Under the pieces are notes generated by a model. That model was not told the origin of the DNA. It was given only the letters and a program-made list of their open reading frames with translations, and ran no database searches. 64,000 bases of DNA from the NCBI GenBank assembly GCA_000996245.1, contig LBYP01000003.1:9509-73508 (forward strand), read 5' to 3'. The DNA is from Parcubacteria group bacterium GW2011_GWA2_40_23 (GTDB taxonomy: Bacteria > Patescibacteriota > Patescibacteriia > UBA11705 > JABHMO01). Below, one piece after another: positions 47,231 through 56,399 of this stretch; positions within the stretch are counted from its first letter, which is position 1, and the number at the start of each line of letters is the position of its first letter. A program made the position numbers and the translations under genes.

Positions 47231-47842
47231 GTGGAGGCTCTCATGAAGCTCGCTAGCCTGATCCTCGCCCTTGCGCTGGTGCTGTCCTCGACCGTCTTCG
47301 CCCAGGAGCGTTCGCTCTCGGGCAACTTCGAGATCCAGAGCGTGACCCCTGCGGTCGAGAAGAACCTGATCCTGAGCGGCGGCCTGATCTACAAGGTCAC
47401 CCCGCAGTTCGCCGGGAAGCTCTTCTTCCTGACCAAGGGACCCTGGGCCGAAGTCTATGCGGGACCGATGTTCACGCCCGCAGCCTGGATTCAGCTCTAC
47501 GCGTGCGCGGGTGCGAGCCAGAAGGCTGGGGAGCTTGAGCTCCGGACCGCGTACGGCATCAACCTGATCTACCGCGCGTTCGTCTTCAGCGCGGGTACCG
47601 AGATGAACAATGCCGCCTACAAGGGCGACTACAAGTCCATCTGGTACGACATCACGGCTACTTATCAGCCCCTGTCCTGGCTCATCGTGGGCCTGAAGGA
47701 CCGGCGGCCTGTCGGTTTCGGTCCCATGATCCGCTTCCGCTACGACGTGGCAGAGGTCTGGGTCACCTGGGCACCGGTCTCGTCCGAGAACTCGACGACC
47801 GACATGGATCGCTTCATCGTCGGTTTGAAGTTCAACCTCTAG
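47231..47842 (+). CDS. secreted beta-strand-rich (outer-membrane-barrel-like) protein encoded in a ~60% GC island
   Basis: Signal peptide LILALALVLSSTVFAQ, alternating aromatic/hydrophobic pattern, strongly GC3-biased codons, its own terminator. Confidence 0.45.
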   Translation: MEALMKLASLILALALVLSSTVFAQERSLSGNFEIQSVTPAVEKNLILSGGLIYKVTPQFAGKLFFLTKGPWAEVYAGPMFTPAAWIQLYACAGASQKAGELELRTAYGINLIYRAFVFSAGTEMNNAAYKGDYKSIWYDITATYQPLSWLIVGLKDRRPVGFGPMIRFRYDVAEVWVTWAPVSSENSTTDMDRFIVGLKFNL

Positions 47843-47848
47843 CTAATG

Positions 47849-47888
47849 CCGGCGCACCTTCTCACGGAAGGTGCGCCGGATTCTTTTT
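47849..47888 (+). terminator. intrinsic terminator of the high-GC gene
   Basis: CCGGCGCACCTTC-tcac-GGAAGGTGCGCCGG followed by TTCTTTTT. Confidence 0.7.
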
Positions 47889-47965
47889 AATCAATTCTTT
47901 TCAATCACAGTTCCCAAGTAACTCTAATTTAGATATAATATAGTCATCAATTCTTAATCTTTTGT

Positions 47966-49033
47966 ATGGACGAATGGAGTTTAGTCATCTTAACCTTATT
48001 AGTGCTAATTTTGCCATCATTTAGGCAAGTTTTTTTTAGAAAAAATGAAAAAACAGAAGGCACAGTTGTCACTGAGCGATTAGTATTCTTCGACATCTTG
48101 CGCGGGATAGCTATTATTGCCGTTGTTCTGATCCATGTAACTTTTTTCTTTACTCATACCAAAGATTTAGTAAACAATAATTTTTTTATCAATGTCATTA
48201 ATAATATTTCTCGCTTTGCGATAGCTTTTTTCTTTATTTGCTCTGGAATATTGTTAAACCCAATTAAAACTAAACAAGATCTTAAAAATTTTTACTCCAG
48301 AAAGTTAGTCAGAATTGTCTTGCCTTATTTTTTTGTAACAATGTTTTTGTTCTTTGCAAATCCTGTTGGTATCAAAACACTTTTATTTCAACTTGTGACG
48401 GGAAAAGCCGCAGCTCCTTTCTATTTCGTTCTGGTTCTAATCCAAATGTATCTTCTTTACCCCTTGCTCTCGCGTTGGCGTTATAAAAGATGGTTTTTAC
48501 CCGTTATGTTTTTTGTCAGTTTGATTTACTTTGTTTCTCCGCTACCAGAGCAACCATTTGGATTCCCTATATTTCTACCATTTTTATTTTTGTTCTGTTA
48601 TGGCATGTACTATCGCGATCGGTTTTTAAATTATCAAGCGGATAAGCAAGAGATTTTTATTTGGATAATGATAATTTTAGCTGATGTTCTGATAATGATT
48701 TGGGGGCAAGATTATTATTATAATCAGCGCTATTTCTATGGCCCGGCTTTATTCAATGTCCTGTTTTTCTTCCGTCTCGGTGTTATGAGACACAAACGAG
48801 TCAGTAAATTTTTATTGGCTTTTGGAAAAAACAGTTTATGGATTTTTTTAACACATTTCCCGTTGATGGGTGTAATGTATCCGTATTTTTACATTTTTCA
48901 TTTTAATTATTATGTAACTTTTTTTGTCTGTTTTGTTGTCTCTTTGGGAACAAGTTATTTGTTGGCAAGAGCTTGTCAATTACTGTATGATTATGGAATT
49001 GAGCGATTTAAGATAAGAGGATCTAAAATTTAA
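47966..49033 (+). CDS. acyltransferase 3 family membrane protein (OafA-like)
   Basis: FFDILRGIAIIAVVLIHV, ~10 TM, 355 aa. Confidence 0.6.
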   Translation: MDEWSLVILTLLVLILPSFRQVFFRKNEKTEGTVVTERLVFFDILRGIAIIAVVLIHVTFFFTHTKDLVNNNFFINVINNISRFAIAFFFICSGILLNPIKTKQDLKNFYSRKLVRIVLPYFFVTMFLFFANPVGIKTLLFQLVTGKAAAPFYFVLVLIQMYLLYPLLSRWRYKRWFLPVMFFVSLIYFVSPLPEQPFGFPIFLPFLFLFCYGMYYRDRFLNYQADKQEIFIWIMIILADVLIMIWGQDYYYNQRYFYGPALFNVLFFFRLGVMRHKRVSKFLLAFGKNSLWIFLTHFPLMGVMYPYFYIFHFNYYVTFFVCFVVSLGTSYLLARACQLLYDYGIERFKIRGSKI

Positions 49034-49036
49034 ACT

Positions 49037-49699
49037 ATGAAATATAATATATTCCCAACAATAACGACTTGCCCCAATTTTTCATGGAAACATAAACTTC
49101 AAGAAGTTAAGTGTTTGGGTTTAACTGAGGTTTCTGTTTTTCCGACATTTATTGGCTTAGCAGAGCGCAAAAGGCTTTATAAAGAACTCGATAAATCAAA
49201 TATCAAATGGGTACCACACGTTCATGTCCGTAGTGATTTTGAAGTCTGGGAGTTTGAATTTTTTTGGAAACGCTTTAAAACACGCTCCTTTAATACTCAT
49301 GAGGATTTTATTTTTCAGTTAAAAAAGTGGTATAAATATCGTTATAATCTTTATGTTGAGTTTGACTATGAAGGGGCTGTCACCCAAAAAGCAGATTTGA
49401 AATTAGTAGCCGGTCTTTGCGTTGACTTGTCTCATTTGTGGTCAGCGAAGGCAAGGGGGAGGAAAGAATTCAATGTTCAGAACGAATATGCGACTAAACA
49501 CGGTGTTGGCTGTAACCATCTAAATGGATTCGCACGACACCTTACAAGAGATATGCATTACGTGCGAGACAAACACAATTTTGATTATTTGAAGGAAATT
49601 TCTAAGAAATTTTTTGGTAAAATTATTTCTTTAGAACTGAATAATTCAATCGAAAAGCAATTAGAGTATAAAAAATATATTGAGAAAATATTAAAATAA
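49037..49699 (+). CDS. hypothetical protein
   Basis: 220 aa, no clear motif. Confidence 0.35.
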   Translation: MKYNIFPTITTCPNFSWKHKLQEVKCLGLTEVSVFPTFIGLAERKRLYKELDKSNIKWVPHVHVRSDFEVWEFEFFWKRFKTRSFNTHEDFIFQLKKWYKYRYNLYVEFDYEGAVTQKADLKLVAGLCVDLSHLWSAKARGRKEFNVQNEYATKHGVGCNHLNGFARHLTRDMHYVRDKHNFDYLKEISKKFFGKIISLELNNSIEKQLEYKKYIEKILK

Positions 49700-49703
49700 A
49701 TTT

Positions 49704-50450
49704 ATGATTTGGATTTATTCATTGGTCAGTATCCTTGCTGTTAGTTTGATTTCTTTCCTTGGCGTTTTGTTCTTAGGAATTAAAAAGGAAAAATTAGAAC
49801 ATATACTTTTGTATTTTGTTAGTTTTTCAATTGGCGCGTTATTTGCCGAAGTCTTTATCCACATTATTCCGCGTATTGTCGAAGAGGTGGGGTTTACTGT
49901 TCGTTACGGATTATACTTTTTACTGGGTTTAATAGTCTTTTTTATTGTTGAGAAGTACGTTCATTGGCATCACTGCCATAAGGTTGACCATCATCACGAA
50001 ATTAAACCAGTTGCTTATACCAATTTAATTGGGGATGGGTTACATAACTTTCTTGATGGATTAATCATTGCTTCGAGTTTTGTCGTCAGCGTACCGTTGG
50101 GAATAGCCACTGCTTTTGCTGTGTTGTTTCATGAAATTCCTCAAGAAATCGGTGACTTCGGAGTACTTTTGTATTCTGGTCTTTCAAAAAAGAAAGCTCT
50201 TTGGTTGAATTTTGGTTCTGCCTTGCTCGCGGTTGTTGGTGGTGTTGTTGGAATTTTGTTGGCCAGTACGGTCAGCTCAATTGAAATGGTTATTCTGGCT
50301 ATAGCCGGTGGTGGTTTTGTATATATTGCTGGTTCAGATTTAATTCCGGAGTTACATCAAAACAAATGCTCTCGTTGCAGTTCAGTGTACCAACTTCTCT
50401 TTATGATTTTAGGAATTGTTGTTATGATGGGGTTGTTGCTTCTTGAATAA
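49704..50450 (+). CDS. ZIP-family divalent metal transporter (ZupT-like)
   Basis: HEIPQEIGDFGVLL signature, His-rich loop HWHHCHKVDHHHE, 8 TM. Confidence 0.7.
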   Translation: MIWIYSLVSILAVSLISFLGVLFLGIKKEKLEHILLYFVSFSIGALFAEVFIHIIPRIVEEVGFTVRYGLYFLLGLIVFFIVEKYVHWHHCHKVDHHHEIKPVAYTNLIGDGLHNFLDGLIIASSFVVSVPLGIATAFAVLFHEIPQEIGDFGVLLYSGLSKKKALWLNFGSALLAVVGGVVGILLASTVSSIEMVILAIAGGGFVYIAGSDLIPELHQNKCSRCSSVYQLLFMILGIVVMMGLLLLE

Positions 50451-50663
50451 CAGCTTAACTATAATCAAGAAAACAAAAAAGCAAGAAAGCAAGAAAGCAA
50501 GGAGTAAAAGCAATGAACAAGCGAAGCGATAGAGCATCTTGAACAATTAGAACAATTAAAATAAATAACAAATATACAAAGTTCAGCAAATTGTTTTCTT
50601 GTTTTCTTGCTTTTTTGCTGAGGTGCTAAGTAATTTGAATAAATTATTTGTAACTAAAAATCT

Positions 50664-51455
50664 ATGCCAACAGAAACATGTTGTCGTGGCCATAAATGGA
50701 TAATGGTGCTCGCCATAGTCTGTTTAACTGCCATTGTGCTTGTCGCCATTGTGCGCGATAGAATCGTCACTCAAAATAATTGGACTGTTCAGGTAACTGG
50801 TACGGGTGAAGTAAATTATGAACCAGATACTGCCAGTGTGAGTCTTGGTGTATCAATTATGAATGAAAAAAATGCGAGCAAAGCAATTGCCGATATGTCG
50901 GTAATAACAAAAAAAGTTATTGAAGCGGTTACAAAACTAGGCATTGCTACGGAAAATTTTCAAACAACAAACTTTAACCTGAATCCACATTACGTTTATC
51001 AAGATAATAATAACCCAACGGTTACTGGGTATGATGCCGAGCAGACATTGTTAATCAAAATAGAGAGCATTGATCAAAACAAAGAATTGTTAGGCAAGGT
51101 TATCGAAGCTGCCAGTTTAGTTGGCGCTAATAAAGTACAAGGAATTGATTTCACTTATTCAAAGATTGAAGAAGTGAAACAAGCAGCTAGAATTTTAGCT
51201 TTAACAGATGCCCGCACTAAGGCCAGTTCAACGGCGCAGGCAGCTGGTGTTAAACTAAGCAAGGTTGTTGGTTGGTGGGAAAATATGGTTTATCCAGAAG
51301 CTTTGGGTAAGGGCGGTTTTGGTGGGTCTGATGTGGCAGCCACAATAACTGTCCCAAGTGGTCAGCAAAAGATGAAGATTGAAATGAATGTCAGTTATTT
51401 GATAAAACCAGGTTATTTTAAGAGTTTTGATAGGGAACGTGGAGACAATAAGTAA
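50664..51455 (+). CDS. SIMPL-domain protein (DUF541 / 26 kDa periplasmic immunogenic protein family)
   Basis: N-terminal TM plus typical SIMPL length and composition (263 aa). Confidence 0.55.
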   Translation: MPTETCCRGHKWIMVLAIVCLTAIVLVAIVRDRIVTQNNWTVQVTGTGEVNYEPDTASVSLGVSIMNEKNASKAIADMSVITKKVIEAVTKLGIATENFQTTNFNLNPHYVYQDNNNPTVTGYDAEQTLLIKIESIDQNKELLGKVIEAASLVGANKVQGIDFTYSKIEEVKQAARILALTDARTKASSTAQAAGVKLSKVVGWWENMVYPEALGKGGFGGSDVAATITVPSGQQKMKIEMNVSYLIKPGYFKSFDRERGDNK

Positions 51456-51466
51456 AAATTGATTTA

Positions 51467-51500
51467 AAAAGCTCCTCATCTTGGGGAGCTTTTGGTTTTA
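51467..51500. terminator. bidirectional intrinsic terminator between the SIMPL gene and maf
   Basis: AAAAGCTCC...GGAGCTTTTGGTTTT. Confidence 0.5.
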
Positions 51501-51516
51501 CTTAATTTACGTAGAA

Positions 51517-52092
51517 TTAAAGAATTGTTATCCCAAACTTTTTCAACGCTTGTGCCAGTTCAAAGAGTGGAAGTCCCATAACATTTAAATAATCGCCTTC
51601 AATTTTTTTAACAATGACTGCGCCCAAGCCTTGAATGGCAAAGGCGCCGGCTTTATCGAGTGGTTCATTAGTCTTTATATAATTTTCTATTTCTTGAGTT
51701 GATAATTTTTTGATAAAGACTTTTGTAACGCATGCTTTAGAATAAGATTTTTTTGTGCTTGTATCGATAATCGTAAATCCAGTAATAACAGAAACAGCTT
51801 TGCCACTAATTTTTTTAAGAGACTTGCGCGCCTTTTCCATTGTTAATGGCTTTCCTAACAGTTCATCTTTAAGTGCAATAAAAGTATCAGCACCAATAAT
51901 AATATGGTTTGGATATTTGTTAGCGATTGATATAGCTTTTCCTCTGGATAAATGTTTTGCTAAATCTAGTGGTTTTAGCTTTAGCGTCATGTCTTCCTCA
52001 TAATTACTGCTTACAGCTGTGAACGACAGTCCACTTTGAGCGAGAATTTGTTTACGACGTGGAGAAGTTGAAGCGAGAATTATATGTTTCAT
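51517..52092 (-). CDS. maf: Maf-like nucleoside triphosphate pyrophosphatase
   Basis: ILASTSPRRKQIL N-terminus. 191 aa. Confidence 0.8.
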   Translation of the reverse strand: MKHIILASTSPRRKQILAQSGLSFTAVSSNYEEDMTLKLKPLDLAKHLSRGKAISIANKYPNHIIIGADTFIALKDELLGKPLTMEKARKSLKKISGKAVSVITGFTIIDTSTKKSYSKACVTKVFIKKLSTQEIENYIKTNEPLDKAGAFAIQGLGAVIVKKIEGDYLNVMGLPLFELAQALKKFGITIL

Positions 52093-52248
52093 ATTTCATG
52101 TAAATTTTAAACTGCTTATATTCTATCAAAAATAGCTGTTTTTACCAATTTTTATGTTAATTTGAAATAATTTTTATCTGTTGACTACTGATAACGGAGT
52201 TGTTAATATGCGAGTATCAATGGCATATGGTAAACGCTAAAAACCTCG

Positions 52249-52557
52249 ATGTGGAGGTCGTCCATGGCGCTAAAAAGGTTCGAGCTTGTTTTGCTCCAAA
52301 TTCTTAGCTCGAATCGAGCAGACTGGTGGTTGGCCCTGGACCTTGTTCGGGCCGCTCGAGGATATGTAGGACCACTCTCTGTTTACAGGAGATTCGCTCG
52401 TCTCGAAAAAGCGAGTTTCATTACCTCTCGCGACATGACAGAGGAAGAAGCCACGAACGAATATTGCGAGCTGCCTCGTCGTCGACTCTACCAGATCGCA
52501 ATCCTGGGTATTCGTCAGGCCCGTTCCTTGGGTCTGGTGCAAGGCCGATCAGGCTGA
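52249..52557 (+). CDS. small PadR-like winged-helix regulator in a high-GC island (likely start MALKRFE at ~52264)
   Basis: LSVYRRFARLEKASFITSR resembles the PadR recognition-helix/wing region. A sigma70-like promoter TTGACT-17-TAATAT lies at ~52181-52210. Confidence 0.35.
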   Translation: MWRSSMALKRFELVLLQILSSNRADWWLALDLVRAARGYVGPLSVYRRFARLEKASFITSRDMTEEEATNEYCELPRRRLYQIAILGIRQARSLGLVQGRSG

Positions 52558-52565
52558 ATCAAAAA

Positions 52566-52596
52566 CCCCGCATGGAGCAAGTCCGTGCGGGGTTTT
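52566..52596. terminator. bidirectional intrinsic terminator (A-run / hairpin / T-run)
   Basis: AAAAACCCCGCATGG...CCGTGCGGGGTTTT. Confidence 0.6.
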
Positions 52597-52605
52597 AAAT
52601 TCTAT

Positions 52606-52824
52606 TTATTTTTTATTAAAATCTTCTTTTGTTAAGTTCGCTTGCCTGACAATTGAACGGAAGGTGCCATAGGTTATTTCTTTTTCATGTATTGGAACAA
52701 TCACCGTTAGCGTCATTGTACTTTCTTTGCGATATTTTGCATGTGAGCCTGTTTGTGAAACAAAAAAGAACCCCTTAGACTTTAGGATTCTTAGAAGTAA
52801 GCGTAGCGGATAAGGCTTAGGCAT
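52606..52824 (-). CDS. hicA: HicA-family mRNA interferase toxin
   Basis: KSKGFFFVSQTGSHAKYRKES..TLTVIVPIHEKEITYGTFRSIVRQANL matches the YcfA/HicA fold pattern. Confidence 0.6.
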   Translation of the reverse strand: MPKPYPLRLLLRILKSKGFFFVSQTGSHAKYRKESTMTLTVIVPIHEKEITYGTFRSIVRQANLTKEDFNKK

Positions 52825-53035
52825 ACTGCAAGGTGATAGATTCGATAGCTGGTCGGCTGACGTTTAATTTCTTTGGGAGGGGGATATCTTCGAAATATAA
52901 TTCTAAAGCTTCGTGTAGGTTTGTTAATGCTTCTTTCTTTGTCTTTCCGAAACTGGAAACATCCACCTCTAAACATTGGGAGACATAGTATTTGCCTTCT
53001 TTCCAAACAACTGATTTTAGGTTTATTTTACTCAT
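52817..53035 (-). CDS. hicB: HicB-family antitoxin
   Basis: YYVSQCLEVDVSSFGKTKKEALTNLHEALELYFE (UPF0150 pattern). Overlaps hicA by 8 nt. Confidence 0.55.
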   Translation of the reverse strand: MSKINLKSVVWKEGKYYVSQCLEVDVSSFGKTKKEALTNLHEALELYFEDIPLPKKLNVSRPAIESITLQYA

Positions 53036-53100
53036 ATTATATGATTACATTAAAAGCATAAATTGTTTACAGGAGTATGTCAAATCTAGGTGGAATGAGT

Positions 53101-54117
53101 TTATTCCATTGGAATATTAGCACAAAATTCTTTGCTGTGACAACTGGCGTAGTTAGAAGCTTGAGTCACGCCACAGAACTCACAACGAGTTTCCTTTTCC
53201 GGACAGCCCTCACCAAAGGATACACAATAGGTTTCATCGTCAGTGATTTGAGCCTTAGAGTCGCCGGGTGCATAGTCAAAAATAACTTTCTTGATGTTAG
53301 GTATGAGCAATAAAGTTTTTTCTATAATTGGATGAATAATAGCCAGGGTCGAAGAAACGCCAGCCCAACCATCAACGTCAATGTTTAATAAAATGTAAAC
53401 TGTGTCAGCCCCAACATTAAGATAAGTGACAAAAGCCTTGTCTGGGCCGCCGCCTAAAGGAATCCCAGCGATTGCAGCCTCAGCACTGGCCTTGACAATG
53501 GCGCTAGTGTAAGGGATAATAATATTTTTTTGGACAAATTTTGTTGATGGTAATGGATCAATACCACCGACTTGAGCGTATTCAGCCATTCGTTGTTGAT
53601 AAAGCGCCAGATTTTCTGGAACCATAACTGTGATAGTCGTGGTACTGGTTGTATCGATAGAATTTGCAGGCTCAATATTTGAAATTATTCTAGCTAAGCC
53701 AGTGCTCGTTGCTTGTACTGTCTTATAAAAATCTTCGTAAGTTATTAGTGGTGCAGCAGTTGTGTGTTTTATGGCGAGCTTTAGTTCATTCGCCAGCGAT
53801 TTAAGACCAATCAAATTTAGCGTGATTTTTTCTGGGACTTTTTTATTAGCAACTTCAGCTTCAAACTTTCTAATTGTTGTTTCCAGTGACGTTGAAATTT
53901 TGGTGACGGTTTTGGTATATTCTTCGAATGTAGGTGCTAGCGCTGCGTCACCACGCATTAATGAGACGTTGAGATCATTGACGATATTTGTCAGTTCAGT
54001 TAGGACTTCAGTACTTGGCTTGTAGCTAGACGCGTTATTCGAGCTTTGTTGTTTGGAAGTACAGCCGGAAAAAAAGAGAAGAGAGATTGCTACTAGAAGA
54101 AAGAGACCTTTTTTCAT
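53101..54117 (-). CDS. hypothetical lipoprotein with a Cys-rich C-terminus
   Basis: Lipobox LLFFSGC. 338 aa. Confidence 0.45.
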   Translation of the reverse strand: MKKGLFLLVAISLLFFSGCTSKQQSSNNASSYKPSTEVLTELTNIVNDLNVSLMRGDAALAPTFEEYTKTVTKISTSLETTIRKFEAEVANKKVPEKITLNLIGLKSLANELKLAIKHTTAAPLITYEDFYKTVQATSTGLARIISNIEPANSIDTTSTTTITVMVPENLALYQQRMAEYAQVGGIDPLPSTKFVQKNIIIPYTSAIVKASAEAAIAGIPLGGGPDKAFVTYLNVGADTVYILLNIDVDGWAGVSSTLAIIHPIIEKTLLLIPNIKKVIFDYAPGDSKAQITDDETYCVSFGEGCPEKETRCEFCGVTQASNYASCHSKEFCANIPME

Positions 54118-54126
54118 ATTTTAAAT

Positions 54127-54516
54127 TTATTTAATTATATTTGGTATCTCTGTCCTTGGTATTTTGTGAACATTTACTTTCTTGTGTCCGAGAATTTTCG
54201 CTTTGACTAGTCGGTGTAGACCGTTCAGGATTAACCAACGCCCTTTATTCTCCATAATATCTATCGGATACAACAAATCAGATCCCATGGTTCGATTATA
54301 TTCAAGCTGATATGTATCCGGATCAGAAATGACCTGGTTGGGTGAAAGATTGTAGATAGCCTCTCCAACGCTCCAAAAAGGGATCTCGAAATGCCAGACT
54401 AATTCGGACAAGGAGATTTCCTCGATTGGGAAATTAAGAGCCCAGACTTTACGCTCATCCCAGCTGAAGTCAAAGCCAACTTCTTGAATAATTTTAGGTA
54501 ATTTTTTGTCTTCCAT
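54127..54516 (-). CDS. hypothetical protein with a ParB/Srx-like motif
   Basis: RWLILNGLHRLVKAKILGHKKV resembles the DGHHR region of ParB-like nucleases. 129 aa. Confidence 0.3.
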   Translation of the reverse strand: MEDKKLPKIIQEVGFDFSWDERKVWALNFPIEEISLSELVWHFEIPFWSVGEAIYNLSPNQVISDPDTYQLEYNRTMGSDLLYPIDIMENKGRWLILNGLHRLVKAKILGHKKVNVHKIPRTEIPNIIK

Positions 54517-54613
54517 AATATCTCTATCCTATCATAAACAAGCATGTCTCTCAATAAGCTTGATTTTTGTTAAATAATTTTATAATATGAGGAGACGGTT
54601 CCGCTTTTTTTTC

Positions 54614-54642
54614 TTGACTATTTAAGTAAATTTGCTATTATA
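54614..54642 (+). promoter_or_regulatory. sigma70-like promoter (TTGACT-16-TATTAT) driving the downstream ncRNA candidate
   Basis: The -35 and -10 hexamers read directly; there is no coding gene downstream. Confidence 0.5.
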
Positions 54643-54649
54643 TTTCTGA

Positions 54650-54896
54650 CGGCCATTTTCACCATGGAGGTATTCATCATGGTCCAGGCCAGTCTGACGT
54701 GCTGCGTGGTGGTGGGATAGCCGGGAGGCCTTCCACGCACCGGCTCCGACAGCGGAGCAGACGACGCTAAGAAAGTAGGTACTTGGAGGTCCCTATCTGG
54801 CACCTCCAGACGAGCGTCGTCTCCACCTCCCTGTTTTACAGGGATGCAGCAAGTGCTTGGGGCGGATTTCTCGTGAGATCCGCCCCGCTTTTTTTG
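54650..54896 (+). ncRNA. GC-rich (~57%) structured RNA candidate of ~245 nt between a promoter and a strong intrinsic terminator; class unresolved (6S/SRP-like/other)
   Basis: Multiple hairpins with a GGGA tetraloop. A long-range pairing GCAGACGACGCU / AGCGUCGUCU. Terminator GGGGCGGATTTCTCGTGAGATCCGCCCC plus a T7 run. The overlapping minus-strand ORF 54618-54932 is probably spurious. Confidence 0.45.
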
Positions 54897-55048
54897 TTTT
54901 ATATGTGTTTCAATCATAAAGGGTGGGGACAAATTGTCCCTACCCTTGGTACTATTGATTACTTGAGATGTCTACAAATTGTAGATAGCTGAAAGGCAAA
55001 TTCATTTATAACTTGTAGTGTTTAGAGAAACCTAATGTAGGTGAAAAA

Positions 55049-55876
55049 TTATTTTGGTAATAACGTTGTTTTTTTATTTGTAATTACTTTCTTACCAGTT
55101 TTGGCTTCAATTTGTTTGCGAGCGTTTCCTGCAATTGAACCGCCTTCACGTGCAACGTATCTATTCTCTGGAAATGTTCTTGGTAGTTTAACTTTTGATA
55201 TTTCAGTCGTGGATGTTTCTGCGAGCATATTCAAAACGATTTCGAGATTTGACATGTTGTCACGCAAATTTTCTTTCTTTAAGTTTTTAATTTTTTTGTA
55301 GTCCTTTGTCTTTAATCCTGCCCAAGCGAAAGTTATGTCATCAGTTAAAATAGCAAATTCTTTGTTAGTTAAAACGCCTCGTTCCTGCCATTCATTAGTC
55401 AAATCGTTTCTAATTTCAATACTTTTAAGCCGCATATCAATCCAGTTTTTGGAATAGCCTTTTTTCAGATATGTCTCTAACGCTCTTCGAATCGCTTTCT
55501 CTGGATCTTCTGTTTCTTCAACTCGTTCGTAGCCAACTCGAGCTAGCCAGAGTTTGAATGGTTCTGCTTTAGGCGAAGGGATAGACTGGATAATGCGAAA
55601 AAGACCCTCTGTATCTGCACAGTCGGTTTCTCTCATTTTCCCATCAGGTGCTTCTAGTTTAAACTGTCGACAAATTGTCGACGGTTCAAAACTAGACTCC
55701 TCTTTGACTCTGAGTTTCATTTTAAACCAATAATCGCGTGCGTTTAGGCTATCTGTTAAGGCTGAAATAACGTCAATAACAGAAAAGTACCAAAGTTCCT
55801 TTTCTTCGTCCCAAAGACGACGAATTTGTTTGCCTTCAAAAATAGTGAGGACTTTGTTAGTTTTTGTGTTTTTCAT
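55049..55876 (-). CDS. DinD/Bro-N-domain protein (DNA-damage-inducible protein D-like)
   Basis: N-terminal Bro-N pattern IRRLWDEEKELWYFSVIDVISALT. 275 aa. Confidence 0.55.
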   Translation of the reverse strand: MKNTKTNKVLTIFEGKQIRRLWDEEKELWYFSVIDVISALTDSLNARDYWFKMKLRVKEESSFEPSTICRQFKLEAPDGKMRETDCADTEGLFRIIQSIPSPKAEPFKLWLARVGYERVEETEDPEKAIRRALETYLKKGYSKNWIDMRLKSIEIRNDLTNEWQERGVLTNKEFAILTDDITFAWAGLKTKDYKKIKNLKKENLRDNMSNLEIVLNMLAETSTTEISKVKLPRTFPENRYVAREGGSIAGNARKQIEAKTGKKVITNKKTTLLPK

Positions 55877-55903
55877 ATACTTCCATTGTAACCCGTGGCG
55901 TTT

Positions 55904-56395
55904 TTAAAAGTCTAATCTAGGTGAAAACAGTTGTTTTGAGATGTAGCCAAGCTTCTCAAAAAACTCTCTCCCACCAGGGATCAGTTTTACGTCTCTAAGT
56001 TCGATGGGATCGAACCAGCGTACTTCAATTAAGTCATCATCGAGCTTGAGTTGAATCTTATCTGCCGTTTTATCATTAATAATAATTTTGAAACGATTAA
56101 ATTCCATATGGCACAAAACTTTTTCACCAGTGTCTTTTAATGTTTTTTCCGAGACTCCTTTAGCAACATAAGGGATGGCTTCTGGTTTATATGGAGTTAT
56201 GTCGAGACCAACTTCTTCTTTGACTTCTCGAATCAAAGCTTGCTCAAATGTTTCGCCTTCCTCAACTCCGCCACCAGGGATATGCCAGCAATCTGGGTAA
56301 ACGCCGCCTTTAGTTGGGTCTTTTTTACCCAGGAGGAGTTTATTGTCGCTACTAAAGATTAGCGCGGAAACAATGGTGCGATTGATTGTTCTCAT
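55904..56395 (-). CDS. NUDIX hydrolase
   Basis: Nudix box GGGVEEGETFEQALIREVKEEVGL. Confidence 0.8.
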   Translation of the reverse strand: MRTINRTIVSALIFSSDNKLLLGKKDPTKGGVYPDCWHIPGGGVEEGETFEQALIREVKEEVGLDITPYKPEAIPYVAKGVSEKTLKDTGEKVLCHMEFNRFKIIINDKTADKIQLKLDDDLIEVRWFDPIELRDVKLIPGGREFFEKLGYISKQLFSPRLDF

Positions 56396-56399
56396 ATTA

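Noticed and set aside
53077-53313. 78-aa plus-strand ORF
   Set aside because: It overlaps the 3' end of the better-supported lipoprotein gene 53101-54117 on the opposite strand.
54650-54896. Assigning the GC-rich RNA to tmRNA, RNase P RNA or SRP RNA
   Set aside because: There is no tRNA-like acceptor/CCA end or tag-peptide ORF ending in ALAA (tmRNA). It is too short and lacks both P4 strands (RNase P). It has only weak resemblance to the SRP domain IV consensus. The class is left unresolved.
54618-54932. 104-aa minus-strand ORF overlapping the GC-rich region
   Set aside because: It has no RBS and a low-complexity G/P/R-rich composition. It lies exactly over a plus-strand promoter-to-terminator unit full of hairpins, so it is more likely an ORF artefact of a structured RNA.
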